Assembly: GCF_006345805.1 (NCBI RefSeq)
Contig: NC_043013.1
Coordinates: 58,652,001 to 58,716,000, forward strand
Direction of reading: 5' to 3'
From: Octopus sinensis
Taxonomy: Eukaryota
DNA: 64,000 bases
Both the position numbers and the translations under genes were made by a program. Below the pieces are notes generated by a model that did no database searches, had not been told where the DNA came from, and was given only the letters and a program-made list of their open reading frames with translations. Shown here one piece after another: positions 35,170-47,235 of the stretch (position 1 is its first letter; the number at the start of each line of letters is the position of its first letter).

Positions 35170-36062
35170 TTGGGACGGTACCAGACTATGGGGTTACTTA
35201 AAAGTCGTATGAAAAGTAAAAAAATTTTATCATGAAGAATATTTTAGTACCGCTTTCAGCCTTTGCGACTATTTCAACTTGGAGTAAATCAAGAAAAATA
35301 ATTAAATTGTGGAAAAATTAAATTAAATGCTTTTTGTTTCATAGATTTCAAATGCATTGATCCCAGATTGAAATTCGGGAATGCAGAAAAATAGCATTTA
35401 GCGAACACATCGACATTTGCGTCACTAAAGAAAAACCCAACTTCTGAATTTTTCCCCCTCTATAAGATCAGGGACGCAACCTATAATCAGCGCCATTAGC
35501 AAAGAGGCATATTTTATCACAAAATATAACCCACTTTTGAATGTGTCCACCACGAATGACACTACTACAAGGATCATAGAATAATCCCCACGCAATTATT
35601 AAAAACGATATGTTCAGTCACTACTATTATAACAACAGGTCACTTTTATGTCACTTGACCATTTAAGAGGGTTCCACCAACATCCTGCTACTGCCATACC
35701 ACTACCGTATTTTTCTTATTCTTTCTCTTCTCCTCCTTCCTGCTACTGCTGCTTAAACAATGAAAACCAAGAACTTACATCCCTCATATGACATATGCTT
35801 TTAGATCTACTACTACCTACTAACAAACCTTCACAAGAATGAAAGAGAAAGAGAAAGACAGACAAAGGAGAATGTCCCTTGTAATTGAAAATTATGGAAA
35901 TATTTTAAAACATTACATTTAATTTTTCCACAATTTGTCTTTCATGTTTTATTCTAAGACTGAAACCGGTTCTAAAATATGTTCTTCATGATAAAATTAT
36001 TTTAGCATCTACCTTGTTTTATTTTCCTTCTACATATCAACTTGTGGGTTACTTTTTAACCT
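35170..36062 (+). mobile_element. 5'-truncated PLE (same family as 58.2-60.5 kb) with an inverted upstream pLTR fragment
   Basis: 35370-35550 encodes RKIAFSEHIDICVTKENPTSEFFPLYKIRD, homologous to RKIAFSQHIDICANNKTPSFRIFPLYNFRD at 59.7 kb. 35170-35330 is the reverse complement of parts of its own 3' region (35920-36000). Confidence 0.75.
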
Positions 36063-36369
36063 TCTACACACACAAACACACACACACACATACACACACA
36101 CACACACACACATATATACACACACATGCACATAAGCGTGTGTGTGAATAATTTCCTTCTTTCCATACTTAGCTTATACATTACACTTCCTAAGTATTGT
36201 TTGGTTATCGAAGGACCTTTATAAAAGATATTTTGTTGAACTAATGATTATGTGTAAATAATCTTTCACAGACTTATCTTTAAGTTTCTTATTCTAAATT
36301 GCTAGACAGAACTTCTTTGAGCTTCTCTTACACTGGAATATTTATAGATAAATAATACATGTATATCTG

Positions 36370-36400
<31 letters not shown>

Positions 36401-36649
36401 TGTGTGTGTGTGTGTATGTGTGTGTGCGTGTGTGTGTGTCTGTGTGTGTGTGTAAATATCTATATGTATTCTATGTAGTCACATATGTACAGAGATCTGA
36501 AATCCCAAATGTATACTCATGATTTTAAATTTGCGCCATACACGTATACATGTCTAAGTGTGTGTGAGTGTGTGTGTTTGTGTGAGTGTGTATCTGTATG
36601 TGTGTGTTTAGGGGTGTGGTGTTTGTTTATTTGTGCATGTATGCACTAT

Positions 36650-38615
36650 GTAAGTGACACCCCAGGGTCTCCCGAGCAGTGGCAGATGAGAGAACAGGAC
36701 GGATTCAATGATAACGACCAGGAATGATTTCCGGACACAGACTCTGCTCCAATTATCATCGACTAGTGAGATACTGGAAGTGAAATGTTTCTGCAAAAAG
36801 ATCTGCAAGAATGTAAAAGGGCTCAAGATACACTGAGCCATGGTGACACCTGGTGAGTTGCAAGAGAAGACCAGGCAGCAAGCACTCCACAGGACTGGAA
36901 ATATCCCAGCACCTGTGTGATCTCAAGTCCTCAAATGGGACACCTCACCCAACACCATCCCCAGAGGGCCAATCCCACCCAGCAACAGATCGAATCAAAT
37001 GGCCCAAATGAATGAAATGAAGGAATGGCAACAACTAGACCAAGACCTTCAATTCCCTAGACATTGAATCTGACGAGAGATGGCTTTGGAACAGCGGACA
37101 GATTGGTTACCACAACAATCAAAAATATGTGAAGCAGAGGAGTAAGAAGGATGCACCGTCTGAAGGGAGAAATCAAGTCCCTCAATAAGCAGTATAAAAG
37201 AACACCCGCTCACGAGTTAGTTCCATGAACGTCTGAGCAGGCTTAGAAGGATGGAAAGCAGCAGGAAGTGGAGGAAAGAGAGGGAGACCAAAGGGGTGTA
37301 ATGTATCAAAAACCCTTTTAGTTTTACCTGAATACTGTTAGGTGATACCAAATCAGAGAAACTGACCGGCTCCAGAGGAGAGGTAGAAAGTTTTTGGGGG
37401 AGGCCCACAATGACGACATCAGAAACCAAGCCATTGATGTTTACCTAAACGAGCTCTACCTCAACTGTCCGTCCTGGAAAGAAGGGGAAGAATTGATGAA
37501 AAAGGCCAGATCATGATCAGCTCCTGGCCCAAGTATAAAGTATATGAGAAATGCCCACGACTTCGTTTGGAATCTATGGACACTGTTCCGAAAGATCTGG
37601 ATGAAGGGCATCTTTCCACCATACTGGAAGGAGGCAGAAGGATGTTTTGTGCTAAAGGAAGAAGACTCCTTAACCATTAACCAATTCAGGACCATTTCTC
37701 TCCTAAAAGTTTGAGGCTAGAGGTCTTCTTTTCTGTATAGGCCAAATGGATGAACTCATGCTTGACTGAGAATGGATACATAAACACCTCTAACCAGAAA
37801 GGTGACGTTCCAGGTTTTTCAGGAGGGCTGGAAGACACTGGAGTTCCCATCTAGAGGGTCGTGAACCAGGCAGAAGTGTGGAACCAGGGGGAAGAAAGGT
37901 CAAGAGCTGTCGAACTGATATCTCAGGGTGCCTGGACTAAATGGGACATCCCTAAGAAGAAAGTTGCATGGACAGACATGTGTAGACTGAACTCTTTTCG
38001 CTTCACCTTCCTCTTGCGGGTGGTGGGTGACACATTCCCAACGCCAAAAAACATACACAGATGGGGTCTGAGGAAAGACCAGCTATGTAGAATTTGTGGA
38101 AAAAGGGGCATGCTGACACACAACTTCTCAGGATATTGAATAGTACTTTCTCAAGGAAGATACAAGTGGCGCCATGATAGGGCGATGCTTGCAACACTCG
38201 CTAACACCCTGGAGCATGAAATATTCAAGAAACATCATTACCAAGAGAAAACAACAGCAGCAATTAAGTGCACCAAATATGAGAGCCTTTTGCAGGATTG
38301 CAGAGAGAAGGGATGGCGGTTATGTTTTTTTCTAGTTGAGGTTGGCTGTAGGGGGTTTTCTGATCGGCCGGTATGGAGGATGCTTACAGTCAATGGAATA
38401 GCAGTAAACCAGTGAGGGGTGGTTGTTCGCAGGAGGGCGAGGCCGCAGAAAGTACCTCTAGTTGGTTTAGACTGAGAGAGAGGATTTAAGGTGGAAGCCA
38501 GGAGGAGATGAGTAGCAATGATTTGGCCACCTCTAGTGGCCCACCAACGGGAGAGTATTACGGTTCAGGTCGAAACACCCGATAAACGTTAATGTCTCAT
38601 CACATCAGTTCGTCC
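36650..38615 (+). mobile_element. Internally deleted HERO-like (R2 group, REL endonuclease) non-LTR retrotransposon
   Basis: N-terminal zinc finger CFCKKICKNVKGLKIH (36786-36833). RT pieces KARS.SAPGP and WKEAEGCFVLKEEDSLTINQFRTISLL. CCHC region CRICGKRGMLTH...GRYKWRHD. REL C-terminus KCTKYESLLQDCREKGWRLCFFLVEVGCRGF. Confidence 0.8.
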
Positions 38616-38706
38616 CACCCAAAGCTCCATTCATTTTGATGTGTGGAAAATGCACCTCCTTCTAGGTGTTAACAAACACTCACACACACACAAACATACA
38701 CACACA

Positions 38707-38737
<31 letters not shown>

Positions 38738-38753
38738 CCACACACACACACAC

Positions 38754-38829
<76 letters not shown>

Positions 38830-39022
38830 AAATTTCAGGGTAGCAAAAAAAGATTCTTTGCTACCATTGGTCTAGCGAGAAGAAAAACCTAGTCAATAGA
38901 CTATATTATTCCTATAAAAATACAGTGTACACTTAAACACATAAGGGATGGCCATAAAAGGACATCTGACTCGCTAGAAAGAGTAGTTAAACTCTAAACC
39001 ACTATTAGGGGTAATTTCGAAA

Positions 39023-39331
39023 GGGAGATGTAAAAGGCCAAACAATGCAAATAGATTTTAAGTTGAGGTAACGTAAACTAAAAGTAAGTTACTTGGTAAT
39101 CTTTGGTCTTGTATGTATCCAATATTTCGGGACATACAAGTCCCTTCTTCAGGGTTAAAAAGGAACTGTCCTTGGTAAGATGTTTCTTGTCGGAGATAAA
39201 ATAATTCTATGATTATATTTGAATTTTCAAGCGTTTCTCTTCTTAGTTTTTGTTAGTGACGTCCATTATTAACTTATCTCTCCACAAATCAATTTTCATC
39301 ACCACTTTTCTAATATGTAGCAAATGTGCCC

Positions 39332-39370
<39 letters not shown>

Positions 39371-39566
39371 ATGTTATGTATTGCGTGCCTAGCTCCAATC
39401 TATTGTTTATTTGTGGGTTTAATTTATAGATAATCAAAGCTTCCTTAATTCTTAAGTTGCCGAGATTTCTATCATTGGCTTCAATAGTAACTTTAATGTA
39501 AGTTACCAGTTTAGTTTACGTTACCTCATCTTAAAATCTGTTTGCATTGTTTGGCCTTTTACATCT
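39023..39566. repeat. About 65-bp inverted repeats enclosing a degenerate hammerhead-like motif
   Basis: GATGTAAAAGGCCAAACAATGCAAATAGATTTTAAG... (39023-39085) and its reverse complement (39505-39566). Minus-strand CTGAAGA-A-GGGAC(TTGTAT)GTCCC-GAAAT at 39116-39158. Confidence 0.65.
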
Positions 39567-40177
39567 TTCAGCATTATATTCCATATACAATCCGTTATCT
39601 AATGTTATTCTATAGTAATAAATATTTAAGGTCACGTGATTATGTCGTCGGCGTTAATACTCTGTGAGTTAAGAAAATGGGAATAATGAACAATAAATGA
39701 CAAATGACGGAAATATCAGAAAAGCGAAAGTTTTGAATTGAGAATTGTTTTGAGAAATAATAAAATGGCCTTTAAATTTTTAGCTTCAAGCGATGTTAAG
39801 AGAAACATATCGTAACATCATTTTTCTGTTAGGTAACAAGAGAAAAACTAGTGTTCAAAACGGAGTCTATTTTACGGAAAATAACATATTTACATTTATT
39901 ATATAAAGTCAACATATGTACTTCATAGATTTAAAAGGGAAAATCATTTTTAAATAGTTTAGATTTGTAACGGAGATTATCGAAAATATATTTAACATAT
40001 ACATTTGTACAATCTCAAAATAACAAAGGTACATGGCATTTGTTGATTATGTTTACTTATAAACTGATGCAAATTATATTGCATTGAAACACTTAAGATT
40101 TTATTGTATATTTGTACTTTAAAATCTCTAATTTTTAAATAATTCCCTTCATTTTTTTTTCAGTACAAAATATATAC

Positions 40178-40462
40178 AAACTATATTATTAAAATGTTTT
40201 TTTGTTTCAGACCTACACTATCTCCCTTTTTATAGAATCGTCGATATCGAAAATCGTATTTTTTAAAAATCTTTCCGCTTACGTTTATTTAAAAAAAGAA
40301 TTAGTAATTTAATACTGAAAAACTATATTATTAAAATGTTTTTTGATTCAGACCTACACTATCTCCCTTTTTATAGAATCGTCGATATCGAAAATCGTAT
40401 TTTTTAAAAATCTTTCCGCTTACGTTTATTTAAAAAAAGAATTAGTAATTTAATACTGAAAA
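40178..40462. repeat. 141-bp tandem duplication
   Basis: CAGACCTACACTATCTCCC at 40208 and 40349; the units are almost identical. Confidence 0.9.
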
Positions 40463-40629
40463 TTTAATGAACGGAAGTTTTCAATTTATAAATAGATATG
40501 AAGATATGAAGATATGAAGAGTTTTCGCTTAAGGATTCGATATCAGACATTTACAATAAACTTTGATTATGATTTTTATTCATTTAACTCTGTCACGTCC
40601 CAGCTCTTCTAACACTGTAAAGCTTCAGC

Positions 40630-41070
40630 GCACCGAGGAACATCAGGTAAATGATTGGTCTCATATTTTCCTGCATTTAGTTACCAACTTCCACCTTTCA
40701 CAGGACCATGAAAAGTGGTAACATAGGAACAATAAACAGTGGCCTCCTTGAAAAAACTCTTCTCTTGATATCAACAAGTCCAATTTCTTTTCCACCTGCA
40801 ATCAAAACTGTCTTCAAGTTTCTCACACTATTTTTGAACAAACAAATCAATTTCTTGCCCACCCCGACTATCTCCAGGTTTTTTATAATCCACGAATATA
40901 TATACTGTCTAATAATCAATCCAAGTCATTGATAGGCTTGTCGACATTCGACAGTTCCTGAGAATTGCCTGATCAACCAGCTACTAATCCTTGACTCTTT
41001 GTGATCCCTTCCTGCAGTTTTTTTGTTCATCCACTGTCAATTGGTTTCTTTCCTTATCCATTATGTGTGA
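40630..41070 (-). mobile_element. R4/Dong-like RT fragment
   Basis: Minus strand gives LIDQAILRNCR..., WIDY, YSWIIKNLEIVGVGKKLICLFKNSVRNLKTVLIAGGKEIGLVDIKRRVF...PLFIVPMLPLFMVL. This fits the degenerate RT pattern WIDYxKAYDxxxHSWI...GIFQGD. Confidence 0.65.
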
Positions 41071-41245
41071 AATATACTAAACGTATACCGAGGAATTCCT
41101 TACGTAGATCCTGCGACTAAAGTGAAGTACCGCGAGGACGCCTGGTAGTCGTATGTGGGGAACGTGCTCACCAGGAACATACCCAAAACAAGGTTTGGAT
41201 ACTGTATTTTTAAGTCTCCTATCGAAACTTTGCTTTTCAACATAG

Positions 41246-41303
<58 letters not shown>

Positions 41304-41320
41304 CACACGCACACACGCAC

Positions 41321-41355
<35 letters not shown>

Positions 41356-41359
41356 CATA

Positions 41360-41505
41360 CAATGAGATTCTTTCAGTTACAATCTACCAAATCCAATAAG
41401 AAGACTGGTTGACCTGAGGTAGTAGTACAAGACACTTGTCCAAGATGCCTCTCAGTGGGACTGAACCTAGAATCATATGTTTGGGAAGCAATCACACAGC
41501 CACAC
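41360..41505 (-). mobile_element. Degenerate SINE family C head
   Basis: Reverse complement gives GTGTGGCTGTGTG...GGTTCAGTCCCACTGAGAGGCATCTTGGACAAGTGTCTT. Confidence 0.65.
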
Positions 41506-41777
41506 CTATCCCTATCTATATCGTAACTTCTCATAAATTTGTGAAAATTGCGATAGAAATTTTATTGTAATGAACTGCCAGTAAACACAAGAAACACGGA
41601 ATATTAAGGATCAAAGCCATTGTACGAATAGATATCTTGATTTAGTTTTATTTATTAAAACATATGAAACGTGAGAAGATATGAAGCAAAATTATTTTTG
41701 TTATAAAAGTGAGAATACTAAAACCTCTTTTATTCATTTTCGAAGTCTCCGTTCCAGAAAAAAAAAAGAAGCCATTA

Positions 41778-41924
41778 ATGACCGTCATCATAACGCTCAA
41801 CCAATTCACTCTCGTTGTTATCTTCATCAATGTCTCCCTCCTGGGAGTCATCAATGCCGAGTCTGTGGAGTCTGTTCTGCGCGTCGAAGGAATTGCTAAT
41901 GTCACTTTTCTGAAAAGGCCGTAA
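41778..41924 (+). CDS. Candidate small ORF or first coding exon with signal-peptide-like N-terminus
   Basis: MTVIITLNQFTLVVIFINVSLLGVINA-ESVESVLRVEGIANVTFLKRP*. Acceptor-like TTCATTTTCGAAGTCTCCGTTCCAG ends at 41757, and a possible donor CC|GTAAAA is at 41920. Non-repetitive sequence; no homology recognised. Confidence 0.3.
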   Translation: MTVIITLNQFTLVVIFINVSLLGVINAESVESVLRVEGIANVTFLKRP

Positions 41925-42218
41925 AATTGTTTCTGTTTTGACTGCATCCGAAGTAATTCTTTCATTTTCGATAAAATTCTACCTCAAGTTTGGAAGTGAT
42001 CCATAAATTCCCAGGAGTAGAAGGCATTCTTTACTCACTTACATTAATATTAAAACCGTTTAAATGTCACTTTGTGACAGTGGGGAGGCTGCAAAGTTTT
42101 TAATCACCTGTTTCCATTAAAACAAAAACAAAACAAAAACAATACTAATGTAATTAAAGCTTCATTTTTAATTAAATTTATATCAGTTTCTTTTCTATTA
42201 AATGATATAGTTTAGAGA

Positions 42219-42225
<7 letters not shown>

Positions 42226-42298
<73 letters not shown>
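42226..42298. repeat. (GA)n microsatellite
   Basis: Direct reading. Confidence 0.95.
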
Positions 42299-42299
<1 letters not shown>

Positions 42300-43252
42300 G
42301 GACTGACGATGGGGAGATAAAGAGAAGGAAGGATCAACTTCGGCTCGTAACTTGTATTTATTGACTTGGAGAGGATGAAAGTTAGGTTTGACCACAGTGG
42401 AATGTGTACGCAGATCACAAACTGCTAAAAGAAGCACAACATTGCCCTCTAGCGGATGTTTTAAGAATTCTACTAATTCTGTTATGAGGTAAGCATTTTC
42501 TTTTCAGACAAATTGATGGAGGGAGACATTGTTTCTATTCTTCCCTTGCATGCCCCTTTTTTATCAGACGAGATGTCCTGTGTCCGTGTTCAAGCCTTAT
42601 ACAATCCGTAATATACTTATCCTATCTTTGATGCTGTTAAACAGATTCTGTTTCACATCCTATTAAACCTCAGATTCCATTAAACACATTATACACACAA
42701 AAATTTCACTATCTTCTGAAATATTGGACTTCATTATGGGATATTTCTGGTGGATTTGGTTATTATTTCTGCTACATGGAATATCCCTATTGACTCCTCA
42801 TTCTTCTATTGAGTTGGTGTTGAAAGTGTTGTTTAACCCTAGGTTGAGTAGACCTAATGTTTAAAAGAATTCTATGAGTTTGTTATTTAAATAAAAATAT
42901 TCATTACATCAGTGTTTGAAACGAGGAAAATTTAGTTGTTATTTCTAGCAGGTTGAACGACCCCATTGCAAGCATTTCTGGTGGAGTGTCTCTTATTTGT
43001 AACTTTCCGCGTTTACCATTTATGGAAGGAGTTTGTTTTCTGTGTCGTTTATCTGAAACCATAGCCGTGCTGACACGTCGTAGCGCCAATGTCGTCGCCA
43101 ACAGATTCACACTGCGCGCACGAGAAAGGAATAACAAAATAAAATCAAAACAATTTCATTCTTTCTCTCAGAAGAACGAAAACTCAAAACAGTTTTTTAT
43201 GACAGGCCATGTGTGTTTGTGTTCCTGTGTGTTTCTCTGTGCGTGCGTGTGT

Positions 43253-43283
<31 letters not shown>

Positions 43284-44102
43284 CGCGTATGTGTTTGTGT
43301 TTGTTTGTGTGTGTTTCCAGGCATATATTTATGCATGCGTGCGTGTATGCGTGTGTATATATGTGCATGCATGTGTTATCTATGTGTACGAGAGGCAGGA
43401 AATGACAGATACAGACATAAAAGCGAGAGCGTCCGAGCTGATTAGAGAAAGATGGAGAGTGAGATAGATAGAGCGAAAGAGAGCGAGAGGGAGAGAGGAG
43501 TATTAAGACATTTTTAACTCATCAAAGTTGAAAAACTGTTTCACTCAATTTTTTTTCCTTTTATACTATTTTAATGACATTTTCTTTTCTTTTTTTCTGA
43601 TTTTGGATGTGGGCAACGGTTGAATTGCGGGTAAGGAGTCGGATGGGTGCTCTAATCACTTGTCAATTTATATCTGTAGAATTTCGTTTTCAATGATCGC
43701 TTTTTCGTATTTTGTTATGTATTAAACCTATAACGACAAACAGACTATGCCATCACCATCATCATCATCACCAAGACCAACGAAAAGAACAACAATAAAA
43801 TAACATTTCAGCATAGAATAAATTATTGTGAGGAGTGTTAAAAGGGAAGAGGGTGGAGGGGGTTGGTGGAACTACCAGTTATTACTAGGTTCTGCTACCG
43901 ATTCACCATTTTAATGGTATTTCATTAACAATGCCCCCCCCCCCACACACACACACACACTTTCATCTACTCCATCTCCAAACATTCTCTATTTCCTGTA
44001 TTATCTTTTAAACCGCTGCCTTGACTTCTATTCGAACTTGGATCTATAACTTCACTGGATTCGTTTTTCTTCTCACATACGCACATTACGCATAATACAC
44101 AT

Positions 44103-44147
<45 letters not shown>

Positions 44148-44696
44148 TTCACATAATCGCTGATCATCGAACGAAGTAAAATATTCCTGGCCAAGTAGCC
44201 TGCCAGAAATAGCAGGCATTCCAAATCACAGCCTAAAACAGCAAACCCTGGGCAAAGCAGGCTTTGGTTGACAGCATACAAAAAGTTAGGACAACTTTAA
44301 GAGCCGACCAAGGCTAAATAATGAAACACACGTGCACACGCACACACACACACATACACACGGTGGGAAAGAGCTCTGAGATCCTGATATATCGAACTAA
44401 TAAAAGTAGCAGTTATATCTCCGTCATATCAGTGTAATATTATTTAAAAAAGACATTAAATGATGTAATTCTAAATATAATAGGGGATGGCCATGGCAAG
44501 AACGTTGTTTGATAATAGGACGATATATACAGGGTCAGTGGACAGGTGATCAACTTAAGATGGCAGTCAAATATCCCGCCAAACACATCTTATCATCTTA
44601 AAACGAAGGACAGGTTATTCATTTATCACTCTAATTTCCTGATACCCAGCACCTCTTTCGATCCCTCATATCCTTACTCCCTACACATACACACAC

Positions 44697-45035
44697 AGTA
44701 AAGAGCTCCTTCGGTGATGAATGACCTTGGGAATGCACCTAGAAAGTTTCCATCCGAGGCACGAGTCCGGGGAAGGGTGTTTATGAAAGACCAGCAGTCG
44801 CCTATACATACAAGTCTCTCCTCTCCACACCACTGATGTTGTCCAAGGGAAAGGCAAAGGGGCCGATACAGCTTGGCACCAGTGACGCCACAACTCATTT
44901 CTACAGCTGAGTGAACTGGAGCAACGTGAAATAAAGTATCTTGCTCAAGAACACAACACACAGCAGCCTGGTTCGGAAATTGAACTCACTACCTGATGAT
45001 TGTGAGCCCAGCGCACTAACCGCTGAGACATGCGC
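44697..45035 (-). mobile_element. CORE-type SINE with a distinct 3' tail (family D)
   Basis: Reverse complement gives CATGTCTCAGCGGTTAGTGCGCTGGG...GAGTTCAATTTCC, then CORE GTGTTCTTGAGCAAGATACTTTATTTCACGTTGCTCCAG. Confidence 0.8.
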
Positions 45036-45951
45036 TTACACTATGCCATATAACACATAACACACACACACGCATTAACACACCAATTATTGTGGATATC
45101 TCTGCATACATGTGTGACCTACTAGTAATAACAGCTAAATTTGCCTCAAATCATTCGACGCTTGAAAACAAAATAAAGTTTGACACATCGGATATAAAGC
45201 AAAATCGACTACATTGAGATTGGAGCTCGGAAACTGACGAACCGGAAGAAATACTGCAAATGTTTTATCCGCTGCTCAAGCAATATAACTTATGAGCAGA
45301 TTAAAAGGAGATTCTCAGCCAACACGTTGCGGTTTCTATCACTTCTTTACACTTTCTGGCAGAGTTGAAAGTGAATGTTTGATCCCTCTTATTGTTCGCC
45401 ATCGGAGAGTATCTGTTCCTGCTAGGTTGTGTTCATAACACACGTGGTTCACTTGTTTCATGGGGAGCTGTTTCAGCCACATTGAATATCTCTTCAGTTA
45501 CAACTAGAATTGTGATTAGATATTTACCATCGATTCTGATATCGAGAATGGACACTTCATTGCTTGGATCCTCGCTGTTCTGCGTGACCCCACCTTCATC
45601 CCCATAATTATTGGTTGTTGTTTGCCAATGAAGCATTCAGATGTAAATAAAAGACGAAGCTGGCTTTTTCCGGCAACTCCTCAACTATAACATGAACAAG
45701 TTTCGTAGCAAAAATATTTCTCTAATTTCATTATCCTGCCTCCTCTTTCTCATCACCATTTTATTAATCTCCATCATCATCACTACTCGTACTGCTACCA
45801 CCACTATTCTTATTGTCGTTATCATCATCATCGTTATATGACAGTATTCAGTAACTGACCTTTCATTTCTCAGTTCAAATCCGATCGGCACCAATCACTT
45901 CAAGGTCAGTAGGAAGAAAAAACAGTTTATTTTTCTTTCTTCTACTTTCAG

Positions 45952-46080
45952 GAAGAAAGAGCAAATGGTATTACCCTTTTCTGGATCCTAATCAAAGTGA
46001 GAGTAAAAGAAACTGTTTTCTCAAGACTGGAGATATTGCCTGTGCTATAATAGATCTCTCTCAAATTCAAAACTATCAAG
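45952..46080 (+). CDS. Candidate internal coding exon, 129 nt, phase 1-1
   Basis: Strong acceptor TTTTTCTTTCTTCTACTTTCAG and donor CAAG|GTGTGT. Open frame (G)RKSKWYYPFLDPNQSESKRNCFLKTGDIACAIIDLSQIQNYQ; the other two frames are closed. Protein not recognised. Confidence 0.4.
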
Positions 46081-46822
46081 GTGTGTGGGTGGTGGCTGAG
46101 GGTGCACTTTGGCGAACTGTAACCAATCCTCGTTAACCAAACCATGGTAAATCAACCACACTTTACCAAAGTTACTATTTTAAATTTAATATGACAGGAT
46201 GAAAGGACCGGTTGACTTACATTCCTGTTCATATTCTGATTCCAAAATGCCTGGTTTGAATTTTGTTTTCATCATACAGAAGCCGATAAAACACCATTAT
46301 TTTCTAAGGTGTGACTCCCAGTGAAACTGTAGAAAAGTTGGAAACTGCTAATGGTTCTCAACAGTGAATAGGGATTACCTACAGATTAACAAAATGGTGT
46401 TCAGTTGGTTCAGAGGATGAGGGAAACCTATCGACTGGAGATGCTTCTTAGATTCAAACTACGACCGGTCAACCTTTTTCTCACCATCTCCCTCACTTCG
46501 GGGATATATGTACCAGTGATTCACCAGGGCACATTTCAACCAATCTTGTCTTCTAACATCATATCAAAATTTATCACACGACGAATACACATTCCATCAG
46601 GGCTTTATCCCTGATGCCGGAAACCTCCGTGTAGACTGTATCTTGCACCACAAGCACCACACTGCAGACAGCTTCTGAGCTTCTGCTGTAAGGATTTGTT
46701 TTGGTTACTTTTTATGTGAATATAATTATGATACTAATTAGTGCAGCAATTAACTTAGACACACAAAGTCTTTGTTAATAAACAGAAGTTTATTAAGTGG
46801 TTAAAAACGTGCATAAACATGC

Positions 46823-46857
<35 letters not shown>

Positions 46858-46989
46858 GGATGATATTTTATCTTTCTGCAAATTGTTTACTGTTTTTTTT
46901 CCTTTTATACTTTGTGATGTGTTGTTGTTTTGGTCTCACCTCATCATTGTTGGTTGTATAAATTCGGGTTATAGCCACCAGAGCGTAAC

Positions 46990-47029
<40 letters not shown>

Positions 47030-47159
47030 CGAATAAGAAAATGGAGGGGATTGATATGTAGTTCATCAACTTTTAGACATTATATTATGTTAGCTAATGT
47101 ATTTACTAAAATGACAATTACAAGATTATACATACATGTATAATATATCATGCTTATAC

Positions 47160-47235
<76 letters not shown>

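Noticed and set aside
42904-43258. Overlapping ORFs on both strands near a CpG-rich patch
   Set aside because: Neither reading has a recognisable motif or a good donor; only mentioned as phase-compatible with the 41.8-kb candidate.
45433-45636. Acidic minus-strand ORF with a possible GTAAAT donor
   Set aside because: No acceptor found, and it conflicts in strand with the better 45952-46080 exon candidate.
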